Source of the DNA: Chloropicon primus
Taxonomy: Eukaryota
Direction of reading: 5' to 3'
DNA: 64,000 nucleotides
Assembly (NCBI GenBank): GCA_023205875.1
Contig: CP060757.1
Span: 310,001 to 374,000, forward strand
The translations under genes and the position numbers were made by a program. The notes under the pieces are model-generated. The model searched no databases, was not told the DNA's origin, and saw only the letters and a list, made by a program, of their open reading frames with translations. How positions within the stretch are numbered: position 1 is the first letter of the stretch; each line of letters opens with the position of its first letter. Below are positions 12,488 to 23,566 of this stretch, one piece after another.

Positions 12488-13480
12488 TTAACCCGCGCTA
12501 ACAATCCTCAGGCCGTCCTGGAGGGCCTTCGTGTAGTCGTTAATGGCGAGAACGATCTGCTCGTCCTCCGAGATGCGCTCCTCCCTCTCCACCTGCATCC
12601 TGTTCTTCAGGGTGGCAAGCTCGCCCAAGATGAGAGCCTGGAACTTCTCGTCGCTCAGGTTCCTTCCCCCGGCCATCTCGTTCAGTTCTGACTGGAGCGA
12701 GTGCAACGCCGCCTCCCTGTTCGACTTTTCTGTTTCTATCCTCTCCTGCAGGCGGAAGATGTCTTCCCCGACGCGCTTCAGAGTCTGGGCCTCTCTCTCC
12801 AGGCGCGACACTCTCTCGTCCTCGATGCTTGCCTTGGTCTCATCGATCTTGAGCATCAAGCGCTGGGCAAGCTGATCCATCTGGACGCCCCTTTGCTCCC
12901 TCTCCTCCCTCAATCCGCTGTTGAGCTCGCTGAAAGAGCGAGAGAGGGCGTCCACTGACGTTTTAAGGCTCTTCTGGGTCTCCCTCGACTGCGCACTGAA
13001 CCTCTCGTACATGGACTTAAGCTCCGAGTTGAGCTGCACTTGAAGGTTTTTGTCCGCTTCGGTCCTCCTCCTGATTTCCAACTCAAGGTTGCTTTCTAGT
13101 CTGCTGATCGTCTCGGTCAAGGCCGAGTACTTGGAGTGCTCCGACTGCCTCCTGCTCTGCCTCTCGTGCTCCAAGTCTGTGTAAAAGGTCGAAAACTTTT
13201 CAGCAACCTTACCCAAGCGCTGAGCCGCATTGGAGAGAGCACCCGGAGTGCCGAAAGTCAGCTGGGCACCCGAGCCACCTCCCACCCCGCTCGCGGGGCG
13301 AAGGCCGGAGACAGTCGTCTCGGTATCCGCAGTTCTGTGAAGGTAAGAGCTCACTGGAGACTTCACTGGAGTGGCGCTCTCTCCCCTGCCCTCAGAAGTA
13401 TACGATCGAGAAGCACTGTTCATGCTTGAAGTGTCTTGACCTAGACTCAGACCACTAAAAGGGTTGTTGTCGTGAGACAT
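12488..13480 (-). CDS. SF-assemblin / beta-giardin family striated-fibre protein
   Basis: Ser-rich head, then coiled coil KFSTFYTDLEHERQSRR...LELEIRRRTEADK...ERVSRLEREAQTLKRVGED...EDEQIVLAINDYTKALQDGLRIV, matching green-algal SF-assemblin. Confidence 0.9.
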   Translation of the reverse strand: MSHDNNPFSGLSLGQDTSSMNSASRSYTSEGRGESATPVKSPVSSYLHRTADTETTVSGLRPASGVGGGSGAQLTFGTPGALSNAAQRLGKVAEKFSTFYTDLEHERQSRRQSEHSKYSALTETISRLESNLELEIRRRTEADKNLQVQLNSELKSMYERFSAQSRETQKSLKTSVDALSRSFSELNSGLREEREQRGVQMDQLAQRLMLKIDETKASIEDERVSRLEREAQTLKRVGEDIFRLQERIETEKSNREAALHSLQSELNEMAGGRNLSDEKFQALILGELATLKNRMQVEREERISEDEQIVLAINDYTKALQDGLRIVSAG

Positions 13481-13907
13481 GGGAATGCACTCCAGACACC
13501 GTCGCGACAGGTCTCGCGCCCTCTTCCTCCTTGGCACTCGGCGCTCCTCACGTGCTTGCCCAGGTGCAAGTAGCGTCTGTCCCCACTTCAAAGGTGGCAC
13601 CTTGGACTTGGATTCCTGCGCAAATTGTTCACGAAAGTCACGAGGACAGTGAGCGTAAGGGGGTCCGAGTCGTGACGGGGGCCACGGGGACAGGAGTCTG
13701 CTTCCACGATGCGCTCGATGCTCGCCTTCGCCTCGTTGTTTGTGTCCGTCCCCGAAGGTTTGGAATTCCCAATGATGGTGGATTCAAAATCAAAGAAGGG
13801 GGGGAGGAGAGGAGTCTTACAGAGTAGAGAGACGAAGACAAAACATCTATATGTTACAGGATTTTTGTTTCTTGGGAGGAACCCGCCCCCTGCCAGGAAA
13901 AACCATT

Positions 13908-15404
13908 TTACATCATGCCGCCCATACCTGGGAATCCAGGTGGGAGTTTACCCCCTTCGAGCTGCTTCATGAGACTCTGCAAGGCACCGACTCCGCCCAT
14001 CTGGTTGAGCATCCCGGGTGGAAGCATTTTGGACATCTGTTGCAAGTTCTGCCTGTTATTCAGGGAACTCATGCCACCACCCTTTCCTGGCATTTTCAGG
14101 CCCTTCATCTTACCCCACAGCTGCCCCATACGCTTGTGCTCGCTGATCAAAACTGCAACTTCCTGCATGGACCTGCCAGAGCCTTGGGCGATCCTCTCCA
14201 GCCTGCCGTCCTCCTGGAAGATCTTGATGTCCTGTGCGTCCAGCTCCTGGTCAGTCATGCTGTCCATCATCGTCATGAAGTGCTTCATCCTCTCTTGGCT
14301 TGCTTGCTCGGCACCTTTGGGGATGAGGTCCTGGCCGAAACCTGGGATCATCGACATGATTTGCCCCATCGGACCCATCTTCATGATGTTCGCGTACTGC
14401 TCATACAAGATGCGCATGGTGAACACGCCCCCCTGCAGCTTCTCCAGCAGCTCTGGCTGCTGATCCTCCGGGATCACGTCCGTGATCTTGTCCATGAAAC
14501 CCGTCCAGTCCCCGAGGCCAAGAAGGCGAGACACGAAGGACTTGGTGTGAAACTGCTCGAACTCGTCGATATGCTCGCCAGTACCGATGTAAATAATGGG
14601 GGAGTCCGTCGCCGCGACGGCAGACAGAGCGCCTCCTCCTTTGGCGTGGCCGTCGAGCTTCGTCACGATCACGGCGCCGACAGGGACGGTCTGCTTGAAC
14701 GCCAGGGCCTGGTCGTACGCCGCCTGGCCCACCGAGCCATCGATGACGAAAACGATGCAGTCCGGCTTCACGGCTTCCTCGATCTCCCTCATTTCCTCGA
14801 AGAGGGCGTCCTCCTGCTTGTGCCTTCCACTCGTATCCACGATGATGAGGTCGTACCTTTCCTCCCTGAAGCGCTGGACTCCCGCAGCAGCTATCGCTGC
14901 CGGGTCCGTCTCGGTGTAACTTCCGTAAAAAGGGATCCCCGCCTTCGTACAGTTCTGCTTCAGCTGGTCGAAAGCTCCCGCGCGGAAGGTATCCGCGCAG
15001 ATCATCGCGGGCCTATACCCCTTCCTCTTGTTGGCGTAAGCGTACTTCGTGCACGTCGTCGTCTTACCGTTACCCTGAAGACCCACGAACATGACCACGT
15101 TACTTCTCCCTTTCTTCAGCTCGTACGGCTCCGTGTCTGGATCCAGCATGGAGCAAAGCTCCGAGAACACGGCCTTCTCGATGACCTTCCTCTTGTTGAG
15201 GCCGGACGCCATGTCCTCTATCTGCACCGCGCGCTTCACGTTGTCCCTCAGTTGCTTGACGAGCTTTATGTTTATGTCCGCCTGAAGCAAAGCCGTCGCT
15301 ATGTCCTTCAAGCAGTTGTCCAACACGGCCTCGTCCACGAACGTGTTGTTCGCCATGCTGCGCAAGGCGCCCGTTATCTTGTTCCCTAGCTCCGCTAACA
15401 CCAT
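13908..15404 (-). CDS. SRP54: Signal recognition particle 54 kDa protein, cytosolic
   Basis: [33 protein letters not shown] and [12 protein letters not shown] motifs; Met-rich M domain. Confidence 0.97.
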   Translation of the reverse strand: MVLAELGNKITGALRSMANNTFVDEAVLDNCLKDIATALLQADINIKLVKQLRDNVKRAVQIEDMASGLNKRKVIEKAVFSELCSMLDPDTEPYELKKGRSNVVMFVGLQGNGKTTTCTKYAYANKRKGYRPAMICADTFRAGAFDQLKQNCTKAGIPFYGSYTETDPAAIAAAGVQRFREERYDLIIVDTSGRHKQEDALFEEMREIEEAVKPDCIVFVIDGSVGQAAYDQALAFKQTVPVGAVIVTKLDGHAKGGGALSAVAATDSPIIYIGTGEHIDEFEQFHTKSFVSRLLGLGDWTGFMDKITDVIPEDQQPELLEKLQGGVFTMRILYEQYANIMKMGPMGQIMSMIPGFGQDLIPKGAEQASQERMKHFMTMMDSMTDQELDAQDIKIFQEDGRLERIAQGSGRSMQEVAVLISEHKRMGQLWGKMKGLKMPGKGGGMSSLNNRQNLQQMSKMLPPGMLNQMGGVGALQSLMKQLEGGKLPPGFPGMGGMM

Positions 15405-15420
15405 CGTGTCCCTCTCCTAA

Positions 15421-15457
<37 letters not shown>

Positions 15458-15767
15458 AGCGCTTCGCCCGATCTCTGGGGTTTCAGCCCCTCTGCAGAGG
15501 CTGCTCTCCTCAGCGGCGAGCAGAGGAGCAGGAGAGCAGCAGCAAGATGGTGAGGAGGAGGGAACGGGGGATGTGGATGGGAAGGGGGGAGGGGAGGGGG
15601 AACAGGGGGGCTTCCATTGGGCTTGTCCCTACCGGACCCATTCCCCAGAGAAAGACAGAAAGACAGAAAGACAGGGGGGAGGAGGGCAATGATGATGATC
15701 GATGGATGGATGGTGGTGGAGTAGAAGTTCTATCATTAATCATATTATATCGTATTATACCAAGTTG

Positions 15768-16805
15768 TTAATAGTACTGGGCAGTCATCGGATTCCACAA
15801 GCGCTTTGGCCGAAACCTTTCTGTCCTCAAGACCTTGAGCCCGTCGCCTGCGACCCTCAGCCCGTTGAACTCGCTGAGTTGGTCCTTCACGTAGGGGACA
15901 TCCCCCGTGGTAGTCACATCCGTCCGGGACCAGATCGTGCTGGACCACTTCTCCCCCGAGATCACTGGACAGCCCTCGTGCAGGGAAGCCATGTCCTTGT
16001 AAACCAGGGAAGGATCCAAGTCCCAAAACACCAGAGCACTCGTTTTTTTCGGCCTCACGCTGTTTCTCCTGGACACTTCTGAGTAGCGGCCCTGGCACCT
16101 GGTCTCACGCGATACGTCGCGACCGTGTTTCTCCTGATAGTCTCTCTGCAGCGCCCCGAGGGGAAAGTTTGTCTCTCCACCGGCCTGGACGTCGCTGAGG
16201 TACATGAGGATCGTGACCGCCCTGTTGGGCTCGCCGTCAGCTTTGTCTTTCTTGTTCACCGCGTCAAAGTGCGGGTTATACTTCTCCGAAGGGTTGTACT
16301 TCAGAATCTGCAACGGTTCCTGAGTCAGGGCAGGCTGCCCAAGCAGCAAGGAGACCTTTTCTTGCAAGTGGGCTACCGTTTCCGTTTGGTACCTTTGTAG
16401 GAAGGCCCCTTGGCTGGTCCTCACCTTGCTCGTTTTCGTTTCGGAGAGCTTCCCGCTGACGACTTCGCTCCGTTCGAGGTTGCCCCTCCCCAACTCAACC
16501 AAGTGGTCAGCCTGCTCCTCCGTGAGCCAGTTGTGGATGACAAATGCCCGAGGGGACCACGACATGACCTCGATCCAGGTCTCGTTCGAACCGTGCACGG
16601 GCTCCCAGACAGAGAACGTCGTCTCGTCCAAAACGTGGTTGCTGTGCCTGACCTCTGCTGCACGAAACTCCTTGGGCAGCAAGTAATACACAAACAGGTA
16701 GGCCGAAAGAAACAGGAAAAGGGTCCTTTTGCTCGGCACCATGATCCGACCGATCACGGGGAGGGACGAGAACTTCTCCCCCCAGTGCTTCTTCTGCTCC
16801 TTCAT
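15768..16805 (-). CDS. Prolyl 4-hydroxylase, type II membrane-anchored
   Basis: N-terminal TM segment; SWSPRAF, RTSQGAFL, Y.PHFD, R.VTILMYLSDV..GGETNFP and SLHEGCPVISGEKWS motifs. Confidence 0.9.
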   Translation of the reverse strand: MKEQKKHWGEKFSSLPVIGRIMVPSKRTLFLFLSAYLFVYYLLPKEFRAAEVRHSNHVLDETTFSVWEPVHGSNETWIEVMSWSPRAFVIHNWLTEEQADHLVELGRGNLERSEVVSGKLSETKTSKVRTSQGAFLQRYQTETVAHLQEKVSLLLGQPALTQEPLQILKYNPSEKYNPHFDAVNKKDKADGEPNRAVTILMYLSDVQAGGETNFPLGALQRDYQEKHGRDVSRETRCQGRYSEVSRRNSVRPKKTSALVFWDLDPSLVYKDMASLHEGCPVISGEKWSSTIWSRTDVTTTGDVPYVKDQLSEFNGLRVAGDGLKVLRTERFRPKRLWNPMTAQYY

Positions 16806-16919
16806 CAGACGCCTTCCCTTGCAACAACCAACATCTTCACCACCGAGTCCTCAAACTGTGCAACGCCGAGCCAAGTTCTTCCCGGTCGACTCAACCCCGC
16901 TATCGAAAGATCTCGACAC

Positions 16920-17236
16920 GATCTTCGTTCCTGTGTGCCCCAACTTGTGTGCCCCAACTCGTGCTCCACGCGGCTCCCTGGCCCTGACACCGCCCTAGAA
17001 GCCCAGTCCCCTTGGCCTCCCTTGTCCTTGGGATCAGTTCCCCTGCCTGGCTGCAGCACTTGTCTCTGTGCCTCGTTCGAGTTTGCCAGTTGTAGAGGAC
17101 TGGAACGACCGAAGGGACCCCGATCTTCGTTCCTGTGCGCCCCCCAACTCGTGCTCCTCGCGGCTCCCTGGCCCTGACACCGCCCTAGAAGCCCAGTCCC
17201 CTTGGCCTCCCTTGTCCTTGGGATCAGCTCCCCCTG
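16920..17236. repeat. Two-copy direct repeat (~115-125 bp; identical 69-bp cores at 16969-17037 and 17159-17227)
   Basis: cgcggctccctggccctgacaccgccctagaagcccagtccccttggcctcccttgtccttgggatcag occurs twice, 190 bp apart. Confidence 0.95.
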
Positions 17237-17472
17237 ACAGCTCGGTTTCGGTTTCGTCCAAAAACATTCAAGCGAGCTGTCGCGCTCCTTGGGCGTCGCT
17301 CGTGTCGACTCGGAGGAAGATTAGAGGACGGGGACGAGGGTTAGAGCGAAGGCTTGGACGGCAATTCGATGGTTTGTCTCGCGAGCTTTCCGCCGGTGCC
17401 TCGCTTGACCGGTTTGACGCCATGATCGCTTGGTGAGGCGGTCTGACGAGAGAGAGAGAGAGAGGGGGGGGG

Positions 17473-17480
17473 GCGGGAAA
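17473..17480. promoter_or_regulatory. Candidate E2F site (GCGGGAAA = TTTCCCGC) upstream of SNM1
   Basis: Exact TTTSSCGC match about 25 bp before the ATG of a DNA-repair gene. Confidence 0.35.
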
Positions 17481-17505
17481 CGAGGGAGTGAGAGAAGGGT
17501 TGGCG

Positions 17506-19083
17506 ATGTCTGACGAGGAGGAGGAGGACTTCAAGGCCAAGAGGCGGCGCGTTGTGCCGCGGTCCCTGGTGAAGAAGGTGTGGCCTTTCCTCGGGAAGCC
17601 GAGGAGGAAGGGGGAGGCGAAGCTCGAAGAGGCGAACCCGCGGGAACCGCGGGATGGAAAGGAAGGGAAGGAGAACTGCCTGTGTCCGGTATGTGGGATC
17701 AGCTTGATAGAGGTCTCCCCGACTCTGCTGGGGAGGCAGGCGCACGTGAATGCGTGCGTCGATAAGGGGACCGCAAGGTCTTTCGGAGGAGCCTGTGCTG
17801 CTGAGAGAGTCGAGACGGCGTCGGGAAGGGAGCCGAGCCCGAGGGGGAGTCCGCCCGCCGGCCCGAGGCCGAGGGACCTGTCCCCGGCGGTGCCTCCGCT
17901 TCACCCGATGCGAGGAAGCAAAGCTGCCCCGGGGAAGGGAAGGGGTGGTGGCGCGGACGCGGTGCCTTGGTTCATACAGAAGCAGCAGGCCCACGTCATT
18001 CGCGGGACGCCGGGGCCTTTTGCGGTGGACTGCTTCGGCGGTCGCCAGAGCACGCTGTTGGCCCAAAAGGGGACGACCTCGTGGTTCCTGTCCCACTTTC
18101 ACTCGGACCACTACGTGGGGCTGAAGAAGACGTTCTCGAATGGCCAGATCTACTGCACCATGACGACAGCAAAGCTCGTTCACCATATTCTGGGAGTCCC
18201 GTTGGAGGCGATATACGTTTTGGAGCTGGGGAAGCCTTGCGCGATCCAGGGTGTGAAAGTGACGGCCTTGGACGCGAACCACTGCCCGGGGGCCTGCATG
18301 TTTCTCTTCGAGCCGGCGGGGCAGACGCCGACGCTGCACACGGGCGACGCGAGGCTGGTGGGAGACAAGATGAAACGCATGCAGACCTTGTCGAGGGTGA
18401 AGGGGAACTGCACGCTCACCCTGGATACGACGTATTGCTCGCTCAGGTACAACTCTTTCCCCTCGCAGGCCAGGGTGATAGAGGCAATAGCGAACGTGGT
18501 GAAAGCCGAGGTGGCGAGCAACCCCAAGGCCCTGGTTCTCGTCGGATCTTACACCATCGGGAAGGAAGGGGTCTTCTTCGGCATCGCCGAGGCTCTCGGA
18601 ACCAAGGTGTACATCGGGGCCAAGAAGAGGCGGGTGATGGAGTGCTTGGATCTGGAGCCCAGGCTGGAGGCCCTCGTGACCCCGAACGACACGGAGACGA
18701 ACATCCACGCCGTCCCTCTGTTTCACACCAAGAACCAGAAGCGCATGGAGGCCATACTGAAGTACTACAAGGGCAGGTACACGGGGATCATCGCGATTTG
18801 CCCGACGGGGTGGTCTCTCGACTCCAGCGCCCAGAGCCAATCCAAGCTCACCCAGTTCTCCCCCCAGGGGAAGGGGCGCGCCAACTTCATCTCCTGCAGG
18901 AGGAAGGGCAAGGTGGTGACCTATTCCGTCCCTTACTCGGAGCACTCGAGTTTTGAGGAGATGAGGTCCTTCGTCAGCTGGCTCCAGCCCAAGGAGGTCG
19001 TCCCCTTTGTAAAAGTAAGCGACGAGGAAGCCTTTCGGCAGCTGACTCGTAGCAGCAGTAGCAGTGTTACAGCAATAGCATAA
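17506..19083 (+). CDS. SNM1: DNA cross-link repair nuclease SNM1/PSO2 (MBL-beta-CASP) with an N-terminal UBZ-like Zn finger
   Basis: FLSHFHSDHYVGL, DANHCPGA, LHTGDAR, LDTTYC and VPYSEHSSFEE motifs; CPVC...HVNAC. Confidence 0.92.
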   Translation: MSDEEEEDFKAKRRRVVPRSLVKKVWPFLGKPRRKGEAKLEEANPREPRDGKEGKENCLCPVCGISLIEVSPTLLGRQAHVNACVDKGTARSFGGACAAERVETASGREPSPRGSPPAGPRPRDLSPAVPPLHPMRGSKAAPGKGRGGGADAVPWFIQKQQAHVIRGTPGPFAVDCFGGRQSTLLAQKGTTSWFLSHFHSDHYVGLKKTFSNGQIYCTMTTAKLVHHILGVPLEAIYVLELGKPCAIQGVKVTALDANHCPGACMFLFEPAGQTPTLHTGDARLVGDKMKRMQTLSRVKGNCTLTLDTTYCSLRYNSFPSQARVIEAIANVVKAEVASNPKALVLVGSYTIGKEGVFFGIAEALGTKVYIGAKKRRVMECLDLEPRLEALVTPNDTETNIHAVPLFHTKNQKRMEAILKYYKGRYTGIIAICPTGWSLDSSAQSQSKLTQFSPQGKGRANFISCRRKGKVVTYSVPYSEHSSFEEMRSFVSWLQPKEVVPFVKVSDEEAFRQLTRSSSSSVTAIA

Positions 19084-19123
19084 ACAAAAAAAAAAACATT
19101 TTAAGCGTCTTTCTGGAAGAGAA

Positions 19124-20341
19124 TCACGTGAAGTAGAGCTTCCTGACGTGCGCCTCGGTGGCTTCCACGCACGTGATCGGGCACTTCCTGTGCTCCTTGA
19201 CGTGGAGCATGATGCAGTTGTAGCAAAACACGTACCCGGTCACCGTCAGGACCGTCGGGTCCTGCTTCATTCTCCTGCAGATGGGGCAGAGCTTCGGGGA
19301 GTTTGGCAGCTTCAAGCCGTTCTCGCGGTCGGGCTCGGGCGCGGGGGGGGGCGGGAGGTTCTTCCCCCTTGTGGAGGCGGCCTTCGCGGCCTCCTCCCCC
19401 CTCGAGTACCACCACTCCAGCGCCTTGCACGACAGCGCGAACGCGGCGAGCAGGAGCTTGTTGTAGTCCTCCACGAAGTGCCTCCCCCGCAGCAGCTTCA
19501 CTGCGGCCCACCTCCTCCAGGCGGGCCCCCCGGCCCGCGCCTCCATCAGCCCCGAGAGGGCCTCCCTCCTGAGCGCCCCCCTGAGCTTGTTCTGAGCGTC
19601 CCACTCCCTGTGGCTCAGCCTGGAGACGGGCATCTCGACCAGCCAGTGCTCGAGGGTGGCGTGGCTCGACAGGCCGGCGGTGAACCTGACGCGGCTGAAG
19701 ACGTCCTGCAGGCCGCACAGGAACTTTGCGACCGGGTACGTCCTCACGAGCCCCGAGAGCAGGGCCCGCTTGACCCTCTCGAGCGAGAACAGCCTGAACT
19801 CCACGGCCGCGGGGGACGTGTACCCGGAGAAGGCCCTCCGGTCCTCGTCCCGCCCCTGCTGCTGCTCGGAGGCCTCGATCTGCGCCTGGACGGAGAGCCA
19901 CTCCTCGGCCTCCTCCCTGAGCTGCGCGAGCTTGTTGTCCAGGTACGGCCCGGCGACGTGGACGAGCGCCGCGAGGCAGGCGAGCTTGAGGCGGCGGCGA
20001 GCCCCCCCGGCGCTGCTGCTCTTGGGCTTGAGCAGGAGGTCCTCCCGGGCGATCCAGTACAGGGACTCCCCCACCGTGCCCCCGTCCCTCAGGAGGGAGA
20101 CCAGAGCGAAGTGGAACCCCAGCAGGGCGGCGATCTCGTGGGAGTACCGCTTCCACGCCGGCGTTGGCAGGAACTTGTGGGCGAACGAGGCGAACGTCTC
20201 GTGCGTCAGCCGCTTCAGCAGCTGGGAGGTCCCGGCGTCCAAGATCGGCGCCAGGTTCCGGGGCGTCCGGGCGAAGATCCGAGGAGGAGGGCCCGCGCCT
20301 GAGGAGGACGAGGCCGTCATCGTCGTTGGGGGTTGATCCAT
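19124..20341 (-). CDS. PEX12: Peroxin PEX12 (Pex2/Pex12 domain + C-terminal RING)
   Basis: GTVGESLYWI, PYLDNKL, KALEWWY and PPPP motifs, then CPIC...DPTVLTVTGYVFCYNCI...CPIT. Confidence 0.85.
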   Translation of the reverse strand: MDQPPTTMTASSSSGAGPPPRIFARTPRNLAPILDAGTSQLLKRLTHETFASFAHKFLPTPAWKRYSHEIAALLGFHFALVSLLRDGGTVGESLYWIAREDLLLKPKSSSAGGARRRLKLACLAALVHVAGPYLDNKLAQLREEAEEWLSVQAQIEASEQQQGRDEDRRAFSGYTSPAAVEFRLFSLERVKRALLSGLVRTYPVAKFLCGLQDVFSRVRFTAGLSSHATLEHWLVEMPVSRLSHREWDAQNKLRGALRREALSGLMEARAGGPAWRRWAAVKLLRGRHFVEDYNKLLLAAFALSCKALEWWYSRGEEAAKAASTRGKNLPPPPAPEPDRENGLKLPNSPKLCPICRRMKQDPTVLTVTGYVFCYNCIMLHVKEHRKCPITCVEATEAHVRKLYFT

Positions 20342-20904
20342 CACGTCACGTCACGCCGTGGTGGTGAGGATGAGGATGGAGGCTCTTGCGCGCGCTTGTG
20401 TGTGCGTGTGTGTTCCGCCAATCGATCCCGTCCACCAAAAAAGTCAGGCGAGTCAGGCGACGGGACGAAGAAGAAGAAGAAGAAGAAGACCACGGCGAGC
20501 GTCGTCGTGCACAGGATCCATCACCAACCTCTCCGCGTCGAGTCGAGTCGAGATACCGCTCTCTATATATATCTATGTCTCTCTGCCTCTGTCCTTCCGT
20601 CTCTGCGGTTACACGAGACGACCGATGGAGATGTGGATCTGGACGCGCTGGACCTCCCTTCCCTTCCCTCTCAGCACCACCAACGAAAACGCATCGCCAC
20701 CTCTCTGACCCCCGCGTCCTCCCCTCGTCCTCAGACTTCTGTCCGCTTCTGTCCGCTTCTGCCTCCTCCTGCCCTCTCTCTCTCTCTCTCCTGCGTTTGA
20801 GCAAGAAGAGATCAAACCACAGACTCAACCGACAGGATCAATCGAAGAAATCCCTCTAGCAACGCCCCACCTCTCGTCCTCAGCCCCCAGCACTTCTGTC
20901 CACT

Positions 20905-21225
20905 TCTGCCTCCCTCCCTCTCCCTCCCTCTCCCTCGCTCCCTCCCTCCCTCGCTCCCTCTCCCTCGCTCTCTCTCTCTCTCTCTTGCGAAGCGGCGTAG
21001 GTCAACAACCCACGAACCCGAGGATAACTCAATCCAATGACCTCGAGTAGAACCTCTCTCCCCCCCTCTCCCTCTCCCTCCCTCTCCCTCGCTCCCTCCC
21101 TCCCTCGCTCCCTCTCCCTCGCTCTCTCTCTCTCTCTCTTGCGAAGCGGCGTAGGTCAACAACCCACGAACCCGAGGATAACTCAATCCAATGACCTCGA
21201 GTAGAACCTCTCTCCCCCCCTCTCC
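20905..21225. repeat. Tandem duplication (period 154 bp) of a CT-rich block plus a ~75-bp unique core
   Basis: cttgcgaagcggcgtaggtcaacaacccacgaacccgaggataactcaatccaatgacctcgagtagaacctctc starts at 20984 and again at 21138. Confidence 0.93.
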
Positions 21226-21520
21226 CTCCCTCGCTCCCTCCCTCTCCCTCCCTCGCGCGCTCGCTCGCGCGCTCTCTTGTGTTCGGTTTGGAGTGTCCCG
21301 CGTTTCTTCTTTTTTGAGTGTACGAAGGCCCCACGTTTTCCCTGTCTCTTTCTCGTGGTTCCCTCGTGGGAGTAGAGATTTCAAATCGATCCCCCTGGGC
21401 GCCGACACGAGGATCTCCATTGGTGGAGAACCCAAACTCACAGGATAACGAACACACGTATCACACAGAGCGCAGGCTTTCGCCAAGCTTGGACGCGTGA
21501 CGACGACCAAGACCAACACC

Positions 21521-21552
<32 letters not shown>

Positions 21553-21556
21553 GAAC

Positions 21557-23386
21557 ATGAGTGTGACTGGGAGGATGACGAGGTCGTCCAACGCCTGGAC
21601 GAGCAAACCGGCCGCGGGGTCCAGGTTTGCTGCGTCGGGTTCCAGGAGAGGAGGGAAGATTTTGTGGAAGACTCCGACTTCGACTCCTCTTAGTAGTAGG
21701 AAGAATGAGACGAGTGTGGGAAGGGTTTCGGAGGTGGGGAGCCAGGCGAGGGCGTGGAAGTTGAGCGCTACTGGGAACAAGAACGCCATCGTGAAGGCCG
21801 CGGCCGCCGACGAGCCGGAGGAGAAGAAGATCTTTGGAATGTCCATGATCTCCATCGGAAAGTTCGTCTCCTTGGCGTTCATGTTCTTCTGCATTCTGTT
21901 CAACTACACGATCCTGAGGGACACCAAGGACGTCCTCGTGGTCACCGCCCCGGGAAGTGGAGCCGAGATCATCCCGTTCCTGAAGACGTGGCTGAACCTT
22001 CCACTGGCGTTTGGATTCATGTGGCTTTACTCGAAGCTCTCCAACGTCATGTCCCCCCAGAGGCTGTTCTACACGATCATCTTCCCGTTCTTGGCGTTCT
22101 TCACCTCGTTCGCCTTCGTGATCTACCCGCTCAAGGACTTCATCCACCCTTACGGCGCGATGGACGCCGTGCTGCAGGTGGTGGGGCAGAGGTTCTCGGC
22201 CCCCCTGGCCATCATCAGCAACTGGAGTTTCTGCCTGTTCTACGTCGCCTCGGAGTTGTGGGGATCCGTCGTGGTCTCCGTCCTGTTCTGGGGGTTCGCC
22301 AACCAGATCTGCACGGTCGACGAGGCCAAGCAGTTCTACCCGCTGTTTGGTCTTGGAGCCAACGTCGCTCTTATCTTCAGCGGTAGGGCCGTCAAGTACT
22401 TTTCTCAGATCAGGGCCAACTTGCCACCGGGCGTCGATGGGTGGGCGCTCTCCCTCAAGGGAATGATGTCCCTGGTCCTCGGATTCGGGCTCCTCATCGC
22501 CCTGAACTACTTCTTGGTCAACAAGTTCCTCTTGCCAAGGGCCAAGCTGCCAACGTCGGCCAAGCCAAAGACCAAGAAGAAGAAGTCCAACATGTCCGTG
22601 CCCGAGTCCCTCAAGTTCTTGGCCGGCCAGAAGTACATCAGGGACCTCGCCACCCTCGTGGTCGCCTACGGAATCAGCATCAACCTCGTGGAGGTCACCT
22701 GGAAGAGCAAGATCAAGGCCCAGTTCCCGAACCCTAACGACTACAGTGCCTTCATGGGAGACTTCTCCACCTACACCGGAATCGTCACCTTCACCATGAT
22801 GCTTGTGTCCAGGTTCATCTTCAGGAAGTTCGGATGGGGAACCGCCGCTTTGATCACGCCAATCGTGCTCTTCGTTACCGGTATCGCCTTCTTCTCCCTG
22901 GTCCTGTTCAGCGAGGCTCTTACCCCATCCATTGCTGCGCTTGGCATGACCCCACTGTTCGCCGCGGTCTTGGTTGGTGCCGCCCAGAACATCTTCTCCA
23001 AGTCGTCCAAGTACTCCTTGTTCGACCCTTGCAAGGAGATGGCTTACATTCCTTTGGACCAGGAGACCAAGGTCAAGGGCAAGGCCGCCATCGACGTGGT
23101 GTGCAACCCTCTCGGAAAGTCCGGTGGTGCCTTGATCCAGCAGTTCCTCATCTTGGGATTCGGATCCTTGTCGGCTTCCACCCCATACCTGGCCGTCTTC
23201 TTGTTCGGCATCATCGCCTTGTGGATCAAGGCCTCCCTGTCCCTGAACGAGCAGTTCACTGAGGTCACCAAGGAGGAGATCAAGAGCGAGATGGCGGAGT
23301 CCGAGGGCGAGGTCAAGATCGAGTCCAAGGTCGGTGAGGGAGGATTCGTCGACGGAGAGGTCGTCCCTAAGGACAAGGAGAATTAA
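21557..23386 (+). CDS. NTT: Plastid ATP/ADP transporter (TLC/NTT family)
   Basis: Transit peptide; FCILFNYTILRDTKDVLVV, SELWGSVVVSVLFWGFAN, KYSLFDPCKEMAYIPL and KGKAAIDV..NPLGKSGG motifs. Confidence 0.97.
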   Translation: MSVTGRMTRSSNAWTSKPAAGSRFAASGSRRGGKILWKTPTSTPLSSRKNETSVGRVSEVGSQARAWKLSATGNKNAIVKAAAADEPEEKKIFGMSMISIGKFVSLAFMFFCILFNYTILRDTKDVLVVTAPGSGAEIIPFLKTWLNLPLAFGFMWLYSKLSNVMSPQRLFYTIIFPFLAFFTSFAFVIYPLKDFIHPYGAMDAVLQVVGQRFSAPLAIISNWSFCLFYVASELWGSVVVSVLFWGFANQICTVDEAKQFYPLFGLGANVALIFSGRAVKYFSQIRANLPPGVDGWALSLKGMMSLVLGFGLLIALNYFLVNKFLLPRAKLPTSAKPKTKKKKSNMSVPESLKFLAGQKYIRDLATLVVAYGISINLVEVTWKSKIKAQFPNPNDYSAFMGDFSTYTGIVTFTMMLVSRFIFRKFGWGTAALITPIVLFVTGIAFFSLVLFSEALTPSIAALGMTPLFAAVLVGAAQNIFSKSSKYSLFDPCKEMAYIPLDQETKVKGKAAIDVVCNPLGKSGGALIQQFLILGFGSLSASTPYLAVFLFGIIALWIKASLSLNEQFTEVTKEEIKSEMAESEGEVKIESKVGEGGFVDGEVVPKDKEN

Positions 23387-23566
23387 ATATGAAGAATTCT
23401 TGAGGCAGTGCTTAATTGTTTCTAAATTCAAAAATTTTTATGCTTTACGAAATGGCGAGACCTTGCTGGAGCACTGCAAGCGCTCCCCCTCCCCCCTCTC
23501 TCTTCCTCTCCCCCTCTCTCTCTCCGGAAGGAAAAGGGCCGCAGCGCAACGCCGGGAGGAGAGCGT

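Noticed and set aside
21557..23386. NTT (and IspE) as horizontally acquired genes
   Set aside because: Their chlamydial affinity is an ancient, well-known feature of Archaeplastida and not novel here.
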